From Gammaproteobacteria bacterium (GTDB lineage: Bacteria; Pseudomonadota; Gammaproteobacteria; Ga0077536), in the NCBI GenBank assembly GCA_963662545.2, contig CAXXLL010000003.1, positions 1,888,001-1,952,000 of the forward strand: a stretch of DNA of 64,000 nucleotides, read 5' to 3'. The notes under the pieces are model-generated. The model saw only the letters and a program-made list of their open reading frames with translations, was not told where the DNA came from and did no database searches. The stretch's first letter is position 1; every line of letters starts with the position of its first letter. Made by a program: the position numbers and the translations under genes. Below, piece by piece: positions 20,606 through 34,026 of this stretch.

Positions 20606-21166
20606 GTGAGCGGTAAGCTCCATCGGCGCGTTCAGCGCGTCTTTGATGCGCTCGATTATGATATCGGCGCATCGGAGTGTCATGGGATGTTGTGCGGTGC
20701 CTTGAGCGGGGTGCGGGTGTTCGATCGGCAGATCTGGCTCAGTCACGTCGCAGGCCATGACGACCTGAGTCCGTTCGAGGCCGGTGAGCCCATGGCCGCG
20801 GTGCAAGAACTCGTCAAGCATACGCACGCTTCACTGGAACAAGACGATTTGTCTTTCGGACTATTGTTACCCGGCGACGATCAACCGCTGGCCGAGCGTG
20901 CGATAGCGTTCTCGCGATGGTGCCGCGGATACCTTTCCGGTTTCGGGCTCGCGGGGATTGCCGATTTGACGGTGCTGGGCGAAGATGCACGCGAGTTTCT
21001 GAGAGATGTCGAGCGTTTCGCGTCGCTCGGCGTCGGCAATGAGGGTGAAGAAGAAGAACGGGCACTGTTAGAACTGACGGAATTCACGCGCATGGGCGTG
21101 CTGATCATGCGCACTGACGCGGCGAGACTTCCGAGTGCGGCCCAAGCACCGTCCGGGACTCCTTGA
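20606..21166 (+). CDS. UPF0149 (YgfB/YecA) family protein
   Basis: SECHGMLCG, WCRGYLSGFG; ygfB-pepP-ubiH synteny. Confidence 0.88.
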   Translation: MSGKLHRRVQRVFDALDYDIGASECHGMLCGALSGVRVFDRQIWLSHVAGHDDLSPFEAGEPMAAVQELVKHTHASLEQDDLSFGLLLPGDDQPLAERAIAFSRWCRGYLSGFGLAGIADLTVLGEDAREFLRDVERFASLGVGNEGEEEERALLELTEFTRMGVLIMRTDAARLPSAAQAPSGTP

Positions 21167-21201
21167 AGCTTATTACGGGGCATTACAGTAGCTGAGATTT
21201 C

Positions 21202-22521
21202 ATGGAAAAGAGAGAATTTACGCGCCGTCGGAAACGGCTCATGGATAGGGTCGAAACCGGCGGTATCGTCATCCAACCCAACGCGCCGGAGCGGATCCGT
21301 AGCCGGGACGTTTACTACCCTTATCGCGCGGACAGCGATTTCTACTACCTCTGCGGGTATCCGGAGCCCGAGTCGGTAGCGGTGCTCGTCCCCGATCGCA
21401 AACAGGGCGAGTTTTTGCTGTTTTGTCGCGAGCGTGACGAAGAAGCGGAAAACTGGCACGGACGGCGTTCTGGCCTGGAGGGTGCGTGCAAGGATTACGG
21501 GGCTGACGACGCGTTTCCGATCACCGATCTCGACGATATTCTGCCAGGTCTGCTCGAGAACAAGGAACGTATCTATTACACGATGGGGCGCTATGCCGAT
21601 TTTGACCAGCGCCTCATCGGCTGGCTGAACCGGGTGACGGACAAGGGGCGGGCCGGCGTGCATGCGCCCGATCAGTTCGTATCGCTCGGGCACGTCATTC
21701 ACGAAATGCGCCTATACAAGAGCAGCCAGGAACTCAAGGCGATGCGCAAGGCCGCTTCCATCTCGGCACAGGCGCATTTGAGGGCCATGGCCATGTGCCG
21801 GCCAGGCATGCGTGAATACCAGATCGAAGCAGAACTACTTCATTGTTTCATGCAGAACGGCGCCCGTGCACCAGCCTATCCCTCGATCGTCGGCGGTGGC
21901 GCCAACAGCTGCATTCTTCACTACACCGACAACTGTTCGATCCTGAAGGACGGTGACCTGTTGCTGATCGATGCCGGCGCCGAGTACGACAGTTATGCGA
22001 GTGACGTCACACGTACGTTTCCAGTTAGCGGCGAATTCACCCCGGCTCAACGTGCCGTCTATGAAGTCGTACTGGCGGCGCAGTTGGCTGCGATCGACGA
22101 AGTACGGCCCGGTAATGACTGGAAAGATCCGCACGAGGTAGCGATCGAAATCATCACTCGCGGCCTGGTCGATCTCGGTATTCTCAAGGGGCGCCTGCGC
22201 AAGTTGATCGATGAAGAAGCCTACAAACCGTACTACATGCATAAGACAGGCCATTGGCTAGGGATGGATGTACACGACGTCGGCGACTACAAAGTGGCGG
22301 ACGAGTGGCGCGTGTTCGAGCCGGGCATGGTGACCACGGTGGAACCTGGGCTTTACCTGTCGAGTTTGATCAAAGAGCTCCCCAAGGAATGGTGGAATAT
22401 CGGCATCCGCATCGAAGACGACGTGTTGGTGACGGAATCCGGCAACGAGGTGTTGAGCATCGAGGCGCCCAAATCCGTCGATCAAATCGAGGCGGCGATG
22501 CAGCATCGCAGTGCGGCCTGA
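21202..22521 (+). CDS. pepP: Xaa-Pro aminopeptidase
   Basis: [31 protein letters not shown]. Confidence 0.95.
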   Translation: MEKREFTRRRKRLMDRVETGGIVIQPNAPERIRSRDVYYPYRADSDFYYLCGYPEPESVAVLVPDRKQGEFLLFCRERDEEAENWHGRRSGLEGACKDYGADDAFPITDLDDILPGLLENKERIYYTMGRYADFDQRLIGWLNRVTDKGRAGVHAPDQFVSLGHVIHEMRLYKSSQELKAMRKAASISAQAHLRAMAMCRPGMREYQIEAELLHCFMQNGARAPAYPSIVGGGANSCILHYTDNCSILKDGDLLLIDAGAEYDSYASDVTRTFPVSGEFTPAQRAVYEVVLAAQLAAIDEVRPGNDWKDPHEVAIEIITRGLVDLGILKGRLRKLIDEEAYKPYYMHKTGHWLGMDVHDVGDYKVADEWRVFEPGMVTTVEPGLYLSSLIKELPKEWWNIGIRIEDDVLVTESGNEVLSIEAPKSVDQIEAAMQHRSAA

Positions 22522-23722
22522 ATTCGACTGCGTAATCGTCGGCGCGGGACTGGTCGGTACGGCGACGGCGACGGCCTTGTCGCGGCAGGGCTTGAGAATT
22601 GCAGTAATCGAGAAACGTTCGCGCCCGGCTGACCGACCTGCCGTGAACTCCGATCTCAGGGCGCTCGTGCTCTCGGTCGCCTCGCAGAGGATCCTCGCGC
22701 ACATCGGCGTATGGGACCGCCTGTCGGCCCACGCCAACCGCATCCGTCATATCCACGTCACGGATCGTGGCGGATTTGGCGCGGTCCGTCTGGACGCGGG
22801 CGAGGCCGGCCTCGATGTCCTTGGCTGGGCCTGCCCCGCCGAGGTGTTGCTGCACGAACTCCTCGGGGCTGCGCGCGACCATCTGGGCGAGGATCTTTCC
22901 TGGTCAACTGAGTTCGACGGTTTCGATATTCATTCCGATCACGTCACGGTGAATGCCACAGGCCGCAATGGCGCATCGATTCTCTCTACGCGATTGTTGA
23001 TCGGCGCCGATGGCAGTGATTCGGACGTGCGCGGTGCGCTTGGTATCGACATCGATGCCTTTGACTACGCCCAGGCGGCGATCGTCGCCAACGTCGAAGT
23101 CGAGTGTCCGCGTGAGGACACGGCGTATGAACGCTTTACGCGCCAGGGCCCTCTGGCGATGATTCCGCTCGGCGGCCGTCGTTACGTCAGCGTACAGTGC
23201 CTCGACCTTGCATCCGGCGCGGCCGCGCTCGAACTGGCCGACGACGCTTACCTGGCTCAGTTGCAGCGGCGTTTCGGTTGGCGCTTGGGCGAGATTGCCG
23301 ACCTCGGTGCGCGGCGATCACACGCGCTGTGGCGCCGGCGCGCGCGAAGTCTCGATGCGCCACGTGCCGTCATCATCGGCAACGCGGCGAACACCGTCCA
23401 TCCGAATGCAGCACAAGGGCTTAATCTCGGTTTACGGGACGTTTCCGCGCTCGCGCTCGCGCTGTCCGCGCGACCTGATCCCGGCGATTCGCTGATGCTG
23501 CAAACCTACGCCCGATCCCGCAAAGCCGATCACGCGCGCACATCGTTCCTGACGGATCTACTCGCAAAGACTTTTCGGTCGAGCAGTTTGGCGGTGACTA
23601 CGGGCAGGCGGGTGGCAATGGCTGCGGCCGAATTCGTACCTGTTCTCAAGCACCGCCTGATCACTGAGGCGACCGGACTTACGGTGCTCGCACGCGAAGC
23701 AGGGACTGCAAGGCGCCCATGA
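22511..23722 (+). CDS. ubiH: Ubiquinone biosynthesis hydroxylase UbiH
   Basis: [41 protein letters not shown]. Confidence 0.85.
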   Translation: MRPEFDCVIVGAGLVGTATATALSRQGLRIAVIEKRSRPADRPAVNSDLRALVLSVASQRILAHIGVWDRLSAHANRIRHIHVTDRGGFGAVRLDAGEAGLDVLGWACPAEVLLHELLGAARDHLGEDLSWSTEFDGFDIHSDHVTVNATGRNGASILSTRLLIGADGSDSDVRGALGIDIDAFDYAQAAIVANVEVECPREDTAYERFTRQGPLAMIPLGGRRYVSVQCLDLASGAAALELADDAYLAQLQRRFGWRLGEIADLGARRSHALWRRRARSLDAPRAVIIGNAANTVHPNAAQGLNLGLRDVSALALALSARPDPGDSLMLQTYARSRKADHARTSFLTDLLAKTFRSSSLAVTTGRRVAMAAAEFVPVLKHRLITEATGLTVLAREAGTARRP

Positions 23723-23885
23723 GAAACCTCTGAATAAGCCATGGCCCATCTGCCTTGCCCATGAAATCGCGGAGCCTTAACCGACGAACCTTAGTCCTAA
23801 TCCCCGCTATGGCCGGCGATTGGTGCCTTGATCTGCACCATTGTAGGAACCATTCAGACCCACCATGACTTATTCACAGGTTCCT
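23722..23885. mobile_element. MITE-like insertion (about 165 bp) between ubiH and ubiI
   Basis: Imperfect terminal IRs GAAACCTCTGAATAAGCCATGG ... CCATGACTTATTCACAGGTTCC; no ORF. Confidence 0.7.
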
Positions 23886-23889
23886 TAAC

Positions 23890-25119
23890 GTGAACGATCT
23901 CGAATTTGACGTAGCCGTGGTCGGCGGCGGCGTAGTCGGACTGCTCAGCGCCATGTTGCTGGCCGAATTAAGCCTCGAAGTCGCCGTGATCGCGGAAGAG
24001 TTCGACCCTTCTCCGCCCGTCGATGACATCGAATTGCGCTGTTACGCGATCACGCCGGGTTCGCGCGCGATCTTCGAGGCCGCCGGTGTCTGGCGCGGCG
24101 TCGACCGGTCACGCGTGGGCGAGTTCTATGCCATGGACGTCTGGGACGCGGCATCGAGCGGGCGCATACGTTTCGACCCGCCGGTCATCCACGAAGGTCC
24201 GATGGGTTGGATCGTCGAACATCAGAACCTGATTGCGGCCTTGGCGGCGAAACTAGAAGGACGCGGATCGGTGTCGGTCCATCGGCAAGCGATGACCAGA
24301 CTTCTCCCCTCGGATCGCCCCGTCGCCGTGCTCAAAGATGGTTCCACGGTGCGCGCGCGCCTCTTCGTCGGTGCCGACGGCGCGACCTCACGGGTACGCG
24401 ACGCCGCCGGCATCGCGGTCGAACGCGTCGGCTACGAGCACACGGCGGTGGTCTGTAACGTCGTCAGCGAAAAGGCCCATGCCGGTATCGCCCGCCAGCG
24501 TTTTCTGGCCTCCGGTCCGCTCGCGTTCCTGCCGCTCGCGGACGCCTGCAGTTGTTCCATCGTGTGGACCTGCACGGAAGATCTTGCACGTGCAATCGAA
24601 GGCGATAGCGACGCGTCGTTCTGCGCACGCCTCGAGACCGCGCTCGAGGGTCGGCTCGGTGCGATCACGGGGGCCAGCCCGCGCGCGGCGTTCCCGGTCG
24701 AGCGATTACGTGCCAAACGCACGGTTCACGGGTCGTGTGTGCTGGTTGGTGACGCGGCGCACGTCATCCATCCGCTCGCTGGGCAGGGGGTCAATCTGGG
24801 TATCATAGACGCCGCCGCGCTGGCCGAGTGTATCGGCCGACGCACTTCTGCGAGCCGTTGGCCGCGGCCTGCGGCATTGCGGCGCTACCAGCGATGGCGT
24901 GCGAGCGAAACGCTGGCGATGACGTTTGTCACGGACGGACTCAAGCGCCTGTTTCAAAGCGACGCATTGCCCGTGCGCTTGCTCCGCGGTGCCGGCATGC
25001 GAATGACGAATCGTCTGCCGCTTCTGAAAGAATGGATGATCGAGCGCGCGATGGGCACGCGCGGCGATCTACCGCGGATCGCGAGGCCGTTCGTCGACGC
25101 CGCAGGGCCGACGTCGTGA
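23890..25119 (+). CDS. ubiI: UbiI/VisC-family FAD-dependent hydroxylase
   Basis: [37 protein letters not shown]. Confidence 0.8.
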   Translation: MNDLEFDVAVVGGGVVGLLSAMLLAELSLEVAVIAEEFDPSPPVDDIELRCYAITPGSRAIFEAAGVWRGVDRSRVGEFYAMDVWDAASSGRIRFDPPVIHEGPMGWIVEHQNLIAALAAKLEGRGSVSVHRQAMTRLLPSDRPVAVLKDGSTVRARLFVGADGATSRVRDAAGIAVERVGYEHTAVVCNVVSEKAHAGIARQRFLASGPLAFLPLADACSCSIVWTCTEDLARAIEGDSDASFCARLETALEGRLGAITGASPRAAFPVERLRAKRTVHGSCVLVGDAAHVIHPLAGQGVNLGIIDAAALAECIGRRTSASRWPRPAALRRYQRWRASETLAMTFVTDGLKRLFQSDALPVRLLRGAGMRMTNRLPLLKEWMIERAMGTRGDLPRIARPFVDAAGPTS

Positions 25120-25180
25120 ACCGGCACAGTTCGGTGGATCGGTGTTGCGCATCGGCGCTTTTTCGGGGGAGCTCAAGCCA

Positions 25181-26074
25181 ATGGCCGGGTCGGTAACTGC
25201 ACTCTACGAATCGAATCTAGCGAGCCTGCCGCTCGTTAGCAAAGGTAAGGTGCGCGATATCTATGCAGTCGGCGATCGGCAGCTCCTGATCGTCACCAGC
25301 GACCGTATCTCGGCTTTCGACGTGATATTGCCCGATCCGATTCCGGGCAAAGGGGCGGTGCTGACCACGCTGTCGAATTTCTGGTTCGAGCGGACCACCG
25401 AGCGATTGAAAAATCATCTCGCTCAAGTCGAACTCGCCGATGTCCTCCCCGACGAGGAAGAAAGACGGCAAGTAGAGGGCCGGGCGATCGTGGTCGACAA
25501 GCTGCAACCGTTACCGATCGAATCGATCGTCCGGGGCTACATTATCGGGTCCGGCTGGAAAGACTATCAGCGGACCCGCGAAATATGTGGTATCGAATTA
25601 CCCGCGGGCCTGGAACAGGCGGCGCAGTTGCCGGAGCCCTTATTCACGCCTTCGACCAAGGCCGAGATCGGCGATCACGATGAAAACATCGACTTTGAAA
25701 AAACTTGCGACCTGCTTGGGCGCGAGCGCGCCGAAGAGGTGCGCGAGATCAGCATCGAGATCTATCGCTCCGCCGCTGATTTGGCAATACAGAAAGGCAT
25801 CATCATCGCCGATACCAAGTTCGAATTTGGTCTGGACGACGGTGGGAACCTGGTCCTGATCGATGAGGTTTTGACCCCCGATTCCTCACGGTTCTGGCCG
25901 GTCGACGAATACCGTACCGGAGGAAGCCCGCCGAGCTTCGACAAGCAGTTCGTCCGCGACTATCTGGAAACCCTGGACTGGGACAAACGGCCGCCTGCGC
26001 CGAGTCTTCCGCAGGAAATCGTCGATAAAACCGCGAGCAAGTACCGCGAAGCACTGGAGCGCTTGACGGCCTAA
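25181..26074 (+). CDS. purC: SAICAR synthetase
   Basis: [35 protein letters not shown]. Confidence 0.96.
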   Translation: MAGSVTALYESNLASLPLVSKGKVRDIYAVGDRQLLIVTSDRISAFDVILPDPIPGKGAVLTTLSNFWFERTTERLKNHLAQVELADVLPDEEERRQVEGRAIVVDKLQPLPIESIVRGYIIGSGWKDYQRTREICGIELPAGLEQAAQLPEPLFTPSTKAEIGDHDENIDFEKTCDLLGRERAEEVREISIEIYRSAADLAIQKGIIIADTKFEFGLDDGGNLVLIDEVLTPDSSRFWPVDEYRTGGSPPSFDKQFVRDYLETLDWDKRPPAPSLPQEIVDKTASKYREALERLTA

Positions 26075-26159
26075 CCGCTTCTCGTAAGCAAGATGTCAGG
26101 AGTTGAACGGATACGCAGACGTACTACGGAGCGGTACAAATATAACCAACGGGCCGGTT

Positions 26160-27188
26160 TCAGGCGGCGAGTTCGGCCTCGATCGCATCCGAGTATTCGC
26201 CCATAGCCGCGAGCCCGTTGCAGCGTTCACGGTGCAGGAGGATCTCGCGGGCGCGCGCGAGGTTTTCGGCTTTTCCGCCCCAGGCTTTCAAGGCATCCGC
26301 TTGCAGGGCGCGGCCGTAAGAGAAGCTCAGCGGCCAAGGCAGATCGAATCCACCGGCATTCATCGCATTCAGATGACGCGTCGCGTCCTCGCCGCTCTGG
26401 CCGCCCGATAGGAACACGATACCTGGAATGGCGCCGGGTACCGCGCGTTTGAGGCAGCGCACCGTTTTCTCGGCGATTTCATCGACGCCTGCCTGGACCG
26501 GGCACTGCTTGCCGGACACGACCATATTGGTCTTGAGAATGGTGTGCTCGAGTGCCGCGTTTTGACTTTTCAGCGCGTTGAACACCGTGCGCAAGGTCAT
26601 CTCAGTGACCTCGAAGCAGCGATCGATGGTGTTGTCCGCGTCCATCATGACTTCCGGTTCAACCATCGGAACAATACCCGCTTCCTGACACAGCCCCGCG
26701 TAACGGGCGAGCGCGTGGGCGTTGGCCTCGATGCAGGCCATCGACGGCATGCCATCGCCGATAGTGATGACAGCGCGCCACTTGGCGAACCGGGCGCCGA
26801 GCGATCGGTATTCCGCGAGCCGTTCGCGCAGGCCGTCGAGTCCCTCGGTGACTTTCTCGCCCGGATTGCACGCCAGGTCCTTCGCGCCCGTGTCGACCTT
26901 AATACCCGGCATGATGCCTTGGTCGGCGAGCACCTTGGGAAATGGAACGCCGTCCGCCGTCGCCTGGCGGATGGTTTCATCGAAGAGGATCAGGCCGCTG
27001 ATGTATGGGGCCGCGCCCGGGTTGTCGATGAGCAGCTCACGGTAAGCCCTGCGGTGGTCTTCAGTGCATTCGAAATTGATCGTCTCGAAACGCTTCTTGA
27101 TGGTCGGTAGGCTCTCGTCGATCGCGAGAATGCCTCGGCCCCTTGCGACCATGGCCTTGGCAGTTGCTTCGAGTTCTTGTGCTGACAT
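26160..27188 (-). CDS. Fructose-bisphosphate aldolase class I
   Basis: GILAIDES, GIKVD, FAKWR, VEPEV, FLSGGQS, FSYGRALQ. Confidence 0.93.
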   Translation of the reverse strand: MSAQELEATAKAMVARGRGILAIDESLPTIKKRFETINFECTEDHRRAYRELLIDNPGAAPYISGLILFDETIRQATADGVPFPKVLADQGIMPGIKVDTGAKDLACNPGEKVTEGLDGLRERLAEYRSLGARFAKWRAVITIGDGMPSMACIEANAHALARYAGLCQEAGIVPMVEPEVMMDADNTIDRCFEVTEMTLRTVFNALKSQNAALEHTILKTNMVVSGKQCPVQAGVDEIAEKTVRCLKRAVPGAIPGIVFLSGGQSGEDATRHLNAMNAGGFDLPWPLSFSYGRALQADALKAWGGKAENLARAREILLHRERCNGLAAMGEYSDAIEAELAA

Positions 27189-27231
27189 TTTCGTCCCCTG
27201 CAATTGGATGGCCGGATGGGTTATTAAAATT

Positions 27232-28616
27232 GGGTCTACGCGGATTCATGTGGGTAAATTCTGAATTAGACCAAGTGTAAACCATTGAAATCATGTAGAC
27301 ATTCAGAGATTTCGTATGGGGTGAAAGTGGTTTCATTTTGTGGGTAGGCTAAGGCCATGAAGAATCCCAAGTCGATCCGAGCGCTGTTTGCGTTCCCTGG
27401 TTTTACCGCCGCATCGAAATTGGTGGGCATGTTTGGTGATCGGTATGCCCGTGTGATCCAACTCAAGAGGCGAAAAAAACAGCGATCTGTTCTCACTGTG
27501 CTCACCGGTGCCGCGGGCGTTACGACAAGAAGGTGCTGCGAGTACGAGACCTGTCAGTTGCCGGATGGCGAATCTACCTGGAGTTCGAACGCTGGCGTGT
27601 CAGTTGCCGGAGGTGCGGCGGCGTGCAGGTAGAACATCTTGACTGGCTGGCAAAGAACCCTCGCTATACGCAGCGCTTTGCCATGCAGGTGGGCAAGCTG
27701 TGCCGGGACATGCCGAACCAGGCTGTCGCCGAGAGGGAACGCCTGCACCACAGCACGGTGAAAGACCTCGATAAGCTGTACATGCAAAAGCAGGTTGAGC
27801 TGGCGGGCATGCCAGCACCCCGGGCCATCGGTATTGATGAGATCTCCATCCGCAAAGGACATAACTACCGGGTCATCGTCAGTGACCTGGATCGGGGGCG
27901 TCCTATCTGGGTCGGTGGTGAAGGTCGCAAAGAGGCTGACATCGACCTGTTTTTCCAGGCATTGGGCGAGAACAAGAGCGCTCGCATCGAACTGGCGGCG
28001 ATGGACATGTGGAAGCCGTTCCGTAACTCGGTCATGAACAACGCACCGCAGGCGCGGATCATCTATGACAAGTTCCATATCATGCGCCACCTCTCAAAGG
28101 CTCTCGATGAAGTCCGGCGCCGTGAATACAAACGTCTCCGCGGCAAGGACAGGAGTTACATCAAAGGCCAGCGATATACCTTGCTCTCGCGACGCGAGAA
28201 CCTGAATCTGGATGGCAGACGAGCCCTGAAAAAACTGCTCCAGGCCAACCGGCGTCTGAACACCGCCTACGTCCTCAAGGAAACCTTCGGCCAACTCTGG
28301 GACTACCGTACCGAGCGCGGCGCGCGTGCCTTTTTCGAGCGCTGGAAGGACAGTCTGAAATGGCAGCGATTGGCGCCGTATCGCAAGTTTGCTGAGCTGA
28401 TTGAATCCCATTGGGATGGCATTGCTTCCTATTGTGATGCTAAGAATAAAGTCAGTCTTGGATTGGTCGAAGGGGTCAACAACAAAATCCGGGTCCTGCA
28501 ACGACGCGCCTATGGCTATCGTGATGAGGAATTCCTCAAACTGAAAATCATTGCGGCATTTCTTCCGCCACTACCCAGAAATGCCAATATCAACCCACAC
28601 GTTTCCGCGTAGACCC
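27232..28616 (+). mobile_element. ISL3-family IS, copy 1 (transposase 27357-28612 via -1 frameshift)
   Basis: IRs GGGTCTACGCGGA/TCCGCGTAGACCC; GIDE, MDMW, DKFH, EGVNNKI motifs; A7C slippery site 27473-27480; no target duplication. Confidence 0.93.
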
Positions 28617-29889
28617 ACTTTTGTTATCGATAATGTCGTTTTAGTCGGCCGTAAGCATCTTCGATCCGATTGTATTTTTCAATCATTCGGCCGAGCTTAA
28701 GCGTTCCGAAATAGACGTTCCAAACACCACAGTCGATTTCCTCTAATCCTATGTACTCACCGGCACACGCGATTGAGACAGGCACATGGGTGGAATGCCA
28801 TCGGATGCCACCGTTGGCACTGACGAAGCGCTTGATGAAACGGTCAGGATATTCGAGCGGCGGGATTTTGCTAGGCATTTCTTTGGCAGAAAATTCGTAG
28901 AAGTCGGCAGGTGTGAACATGTCGAGCGCTTCATGAGGGCGTTCTTCATTGAATTCAATCTGGAACCGATTAAATCGTTTCTGTTGCGCGCGATAGTCCC
29001 CGGCCGGAGGTCGAGTCGTCTCCGCCTTTAAGGTTCGGTGCATCCGTTCGTGTCGGCCATTTTGTTGAGGCTTTCCGGGTTCGATGAGCTCGGGATAAAT
29101 ACCAAGCCTGATCCACCAGGCAGACAGCGTTGATAATCGACCGAGCGTGTTCGTCGCGAAGGGGACGCCGTTGTCGGTACGGATGCGTTCTGGCAGTCCG
29201 TATTCTTTGAATAAGCGGGTGAACACCGCCTTCGATGGTTCAACGGCGGTCGTGAGTAATGACTGGCATCCGATGAGGTATCGACTAAAGCCATCGGTGA
29301 CGGTCAACGGGTAACAATACCGCCCGTCTTCGGTCTTGAAATGCCCTTTGAAGTCGGCGCCCCAGGTTTGGTTGGGTGCATTCATTCGGGTTTCAGGTTT
29401 TCCCGGATGCCCGAGTTTGCGTGAGCGCCGCGGTGTCCGGATGAATCCTTCACGGATTAGGATGTCATGAATGGTTGTCCGTGTTGGCCACGGCTCTCGC
29501 GGGTGCTTCCGCGATAGAAACGTCCGCAATTTACGAGCGCCCCAAGTCGGATGACGTTGTCGCGCATCGATGATCAGGCGCTCGAGCCGCGCCGGCGTTT
29601 TATGCGGGCAAGTTCTAGGCCGCCGTGTGCGTTCCTCTAAACCCGCCGGACCTTCGCTTAGATACCGATCAATCCATTTGTAGCCAGTCTTGCGACTGAT
29701 GCCGTAATGTTCGCACAGCTCGGTAACTGTCAACAGGTCGCGCAGATAGTCTGCGATGAATTGCGTTTTTTCGTTCATTGGTGACGTTTCTCTCCAGGGC
29801 ATCGGACTCCTCCTTTGAGGAACCTAATACCATTGATCTGTCACCCATGTACCTTGACTATAATGTTACCTATGTACCCGGTCCGTACC
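28617..29889 (-). mobile_element. IS481-family IS, copy 1 (transposase 28624-29802), 3' end cut off by ISL3
   Basis: MPWRET..., WGADFKG, IRTDNG, PQQNGRHERMHRTLK; lacks the terminal ~50 bp present in copy 2. Confidence 0.9.
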
Positions 29890-29897
29890 CATCATTC

Positions 29898-30007
29898 ACC
29901 TAACAAACGGATCAACCTGACGTGTTACAGCGCGCTTCTTTAGGTCGGCTGCGCATTTTCGCCCGAAAGAACCGCGCTGTAACACGCAGGTTATCCTAGC
30001 GTTAGGC
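29898..30007 (+). repeat. attC site, representative of the 110-bp host type
   Basis: R'' ACCTAAC, L'' GGATCAAC, stem CCTGACGTGTTACAGCGCG / CGCGCTGTAACACGCAGG, L' GTTATCC, R' GTTAGGC. Confidence 0.93.
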
Positions 30008-30073
30008 GTAAAGTGCCGTACAAAGCTGATGTCTCGGAAGATTAAAGATCAGCGCATTGGAAGGTGTTGTTAA

Positions 30074-30541
30074 GTGAATCTTTGCGGCAAGTGTTCGTGT
30101 GGTAATGTTCGATACGAGATTCTGAAGACGCCGCTGTTTACGCAGGCTTGTCATTGCGCCGATTGCCAACGGACTACGGGAAGCGCCTTCGTCATTCATA
30201 TTGTCGTATGCGAAACGGACCTGGCAATCGCAGGAAAAACTCGCATGGGTTTGGGTCCTACTGGCAGCGGAGCAAAATGCGAGCTGCACGCCTGCGCGTC
30301 TTGTGGCGTGATCGTTTGGGTTCGTTACCGCTATCACCAAGTGCCGGTCATCGCCGTGCGTGCTGGAACGCTCGACGATACACACGCGGTGTCACCACAA
30401 GCACACATATTTGTAAGTCGGAAACAGCCTTGGTTGCAGCTACCTGAGGATGTGCCACTATTCGAAGATGGTGCAGACAAAAGTCAAATATGGCCCAGAG
30501 AGAGCATAGAAAGGTATGAAGCGCTCCCTAAACTTGAATGA
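30074..30541 (+). CDS. Cassette: GFA/CENP-V family protein
   Basis: GKCSCG, CHCADCQR, CASCG zinc motifs. Confidence 0.88.
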   Translation: MNLCGKCSCGNVRYEILKTPLFTQACHCADCQRTTGSAFVIHIVVCETDLAIAGKTRMGLGPTGSGAKCELHACASCGVIVWVRYRYHQVPVIAVRAGTLDDTHAVSPQAHIFVSRKQPWLQLPEDVPLFEDGADKSQIWPRESIERYEALPKLE

Positions 30542-30588
30542 AATAGCGGTTGGCGCACAACGTAGCTGTTCGCGCGTTCCGCCTAACA

Positions 30589-31773
<1,185 letters not shown>

Positions 31774-31883
31774 TGGATCAACCGGACGTGTTACAGCGCG
31801 TTTCTTTAAAGCAGCTTCGCATTTTCGCTCTAAAGAAGCGCGCTGTAACACGCCGGTTATCCTAGCGTTAGGCGGCAGGGAAA

Positions 31884-32129
31884 ATGAGTCCGACCGTATT
31901 TCGTGAAAAGGGTTACAGGTTTTTCTTTTTCTCCCTGGAAGAGTCACGAACTCATGTTCACGTGAGGTCCCAAGCCGGCGAGGCGAAGTTTTGGCTAGAG
32001 CCAGATATCGAATTGGCGAGAAATCACCGGTTATCCCAAATACAATTGAATGAAGTCCAAGCCATCGTCGAGGCACGGAAAGATGAACTCATCGCAGCCT
32101 GGCGCGAACACTTCGACAGTAGTAACTGA
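31884..32129 (+). CDS. Cassette: DUF4160 protein (putative toxin)
   Basis: MSPTVFREKGYRFFFFS.E...HVHV...EAKFWL. Confidence 0.85.
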   Translation: MSPTVFREKGYRFFFFSLEESRTHVHVRSQAGEAKFWLEPDIELARNHRLSQIQLNEVQAIVEARKDELIAAWREHFDSSN

Positions 32130-32349
32130 CATATCGCCAGACGGTATTTGGCTTCTCTATGCAGACGAGGAGCTATTTATGCCGTTTGATGAGTTTCCGT
32201 GGTTTAAGAAGGCTTCGGTCGAACAGATCTTGAATGTTGTCGAAGAACAACCGGGGACATTTCACTGGCCAGATCTTGACATTGATCTGGGGCTCGATTC
32301 GATCCGTAATCCTGGCCATTACCCATTAAAAGCAAAAACCGACGCTTAG
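32083..32349 (+). CDS. Cassette: DUF2442 protein (putative antitoxin)
   Basis: FPWF..AS..., HWPDLDIDL; overlaps the DUF4160 gene. Confidence 0.82.
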   Translation: MNSSQPGANTSTVVTDISPDGIWLLYADEELFMPFDEFPWFKKASVEQILNVVEEQPGTFHWPDLDIDLGLDSIRNPGHYPLKAKTDA

Positions 32350-32397
32350 ATTCCCGAGCGTAGCGCAACCGCACCTAACAAATGGATCAACCGGACG

Positions 32398-33654
32398 TGA
32401 TAGTTCCTACGGTTTAGTGGACACCCTGAACTAACTATTCAGGAGTGTTCCAAGATGCCAAAACCAGGCCCGAGAACGACGTATAAATACAGCGACGAAT
32501 TCAAAGCGACAGCGGTCCGCTTAAGTGAACTGCCGGATGTAGCCATCCAGGATGTCGCTGCGTCTCTTTACATTCACCCCTTCATGTTGTCTCGTTGGCG
32601 CAAACAAGTGCGCGAGGGAATGATCATGGCTAGAGGTGTGGAAATCGATAAAGAAACAGCGGCGGAGCTGAAAGCGCTGCGTCAGATGAAGAAGGACTAC
32701 GAGCGTCTAAAAGTGGAGCATGACCTTTTAAAAAAAGCGATCGAGTTCACTTCCAAACGAAAAGCGATGTCTTCGCGTTCATCGACTACCACGTCAAAGA
32801 AGGGATCTCGGTGACGACGATGTGTGCGTTATACGACGTGAGTTCCAGTGGTTATTACGCCTGGCGGAAACGCCCGCGCAGTCAGCGCTCGATTGAGGAC
32901 GAGGCGCTGTTGGTTGAGATCCGCGAGGCGCATGCGCTGGGCCGGAAGACCTATGGGAGTCCGCGTGTACACGAGGTCTTGTTGCAGCGCGGGAGGAAGG
33001 TCGGGCGACGCCGGATCGAACGATTGATGCGGGAAAATGGCATTCGCGGGTGCTCAGCCGACCAGTACCGTCGCACGCCTGGCCTGGACCGCTTCTTTGG
33101 TGTGATCGGCAATCGTATACACAAGATGCCGGTGACGGCACCCGACCAGGTGTGGGTCTCGGATGTGACCTATGTGAAGGTCAACGCTGAGTGGCGCTAT
33201 CTGTCGGTGGTAATGGATCGGTACTCACGTCGCGTATTGGGTTGGTCATTGGGGCCTGAGAAGACGGCAGCATTGACCGGTCGGGCGTTGCACCAAGCTT
33301 TGAAGCTGAGGCGGCCACCGGCGGGGACCGTATTTCACAGTGACCGCGGTTCAGAATATGTGGCTAGCCACCTGCAGGCTGCGCTGGGTAAGGCGAAGTT
33401 GGTCCCGAGTATGAATCGCCGGCGTCGGATGACGGACAATGCCCATATGGAGTCATGGAATAAGACGATGAAGTCCGACATGTACCACCGACGCCTGTTC
33501 AGCAGTGACAAACAGCTGCGCGATTCACTGCGTTCCTACATCGACTTCTATAATCGGGTGAGACTACACTCGTCTTTAGGATATCAATCACCGATAGCGT
33601 TTGAGCAAGCATGCAGCTAACTTATGGGTGTCCACTTTTTCGTAGGAACTCCCC
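32398..33654 (+). mobile_element. IS3-family IS inserted in attC (orfA 32455-32814, orfB 32811-33620)
   Basis: IRs TGATAGTTCCTACGGTTTAGTGGACACCC / GGGTGTCCACTTTTTCGTAGGAACTCCCC; TTTAAAAAAAG frameshift site; WVSDVTY, HSDRG, DNAHMES. Confidence 0.92.
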
Positions 33655-33810
33655 GCGGTACAGCAGGCTCCTTTGGGCCGGCTTCGCATTTTCGCCCCAA
33701 AGGAGCTGCTGTAACACACAGGTTATCCTAGCGTTAGGTGCTCCGGCGCGGACGTTACGGTGGATAAATTTCGAATGGCGCGATATCGAGCTGTATGCTA
33801 AGTTCAGTGC

Positions 33811-34026
33811 ATGAAAATCTCAGCCGCAGATACACTAGATATACCGATTCGGGAACGAATTCAGCTCGTTGCTGACATTTGGGAGAGCATCGCCGAATTT
33901 CCAGACGAGATCGAGCTTTCGGGAGCCACGCGGGAACTACTCCGAAAGCGATTGGAAGCGTATCGAGCAAATCCAAACGCCGGGTCCCCTTGGGAAGAGG
34001 TTAAGAATCGAATTTTGTCTAGATGA
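33811..34026 (+). CDS. Cassette: addiction module antitoxin (TIGR02574-like)
   Basis: ERIQLVADIWESI...WEEVKNRI; coupled to a ParE gene. Confidence 0.82.
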   Translation: MKISAADTLDIPIRERIQLVADIWESIAEFPDEIELSGATRELLRKRLEAYRANPNAGSPWEEVKNRILSR

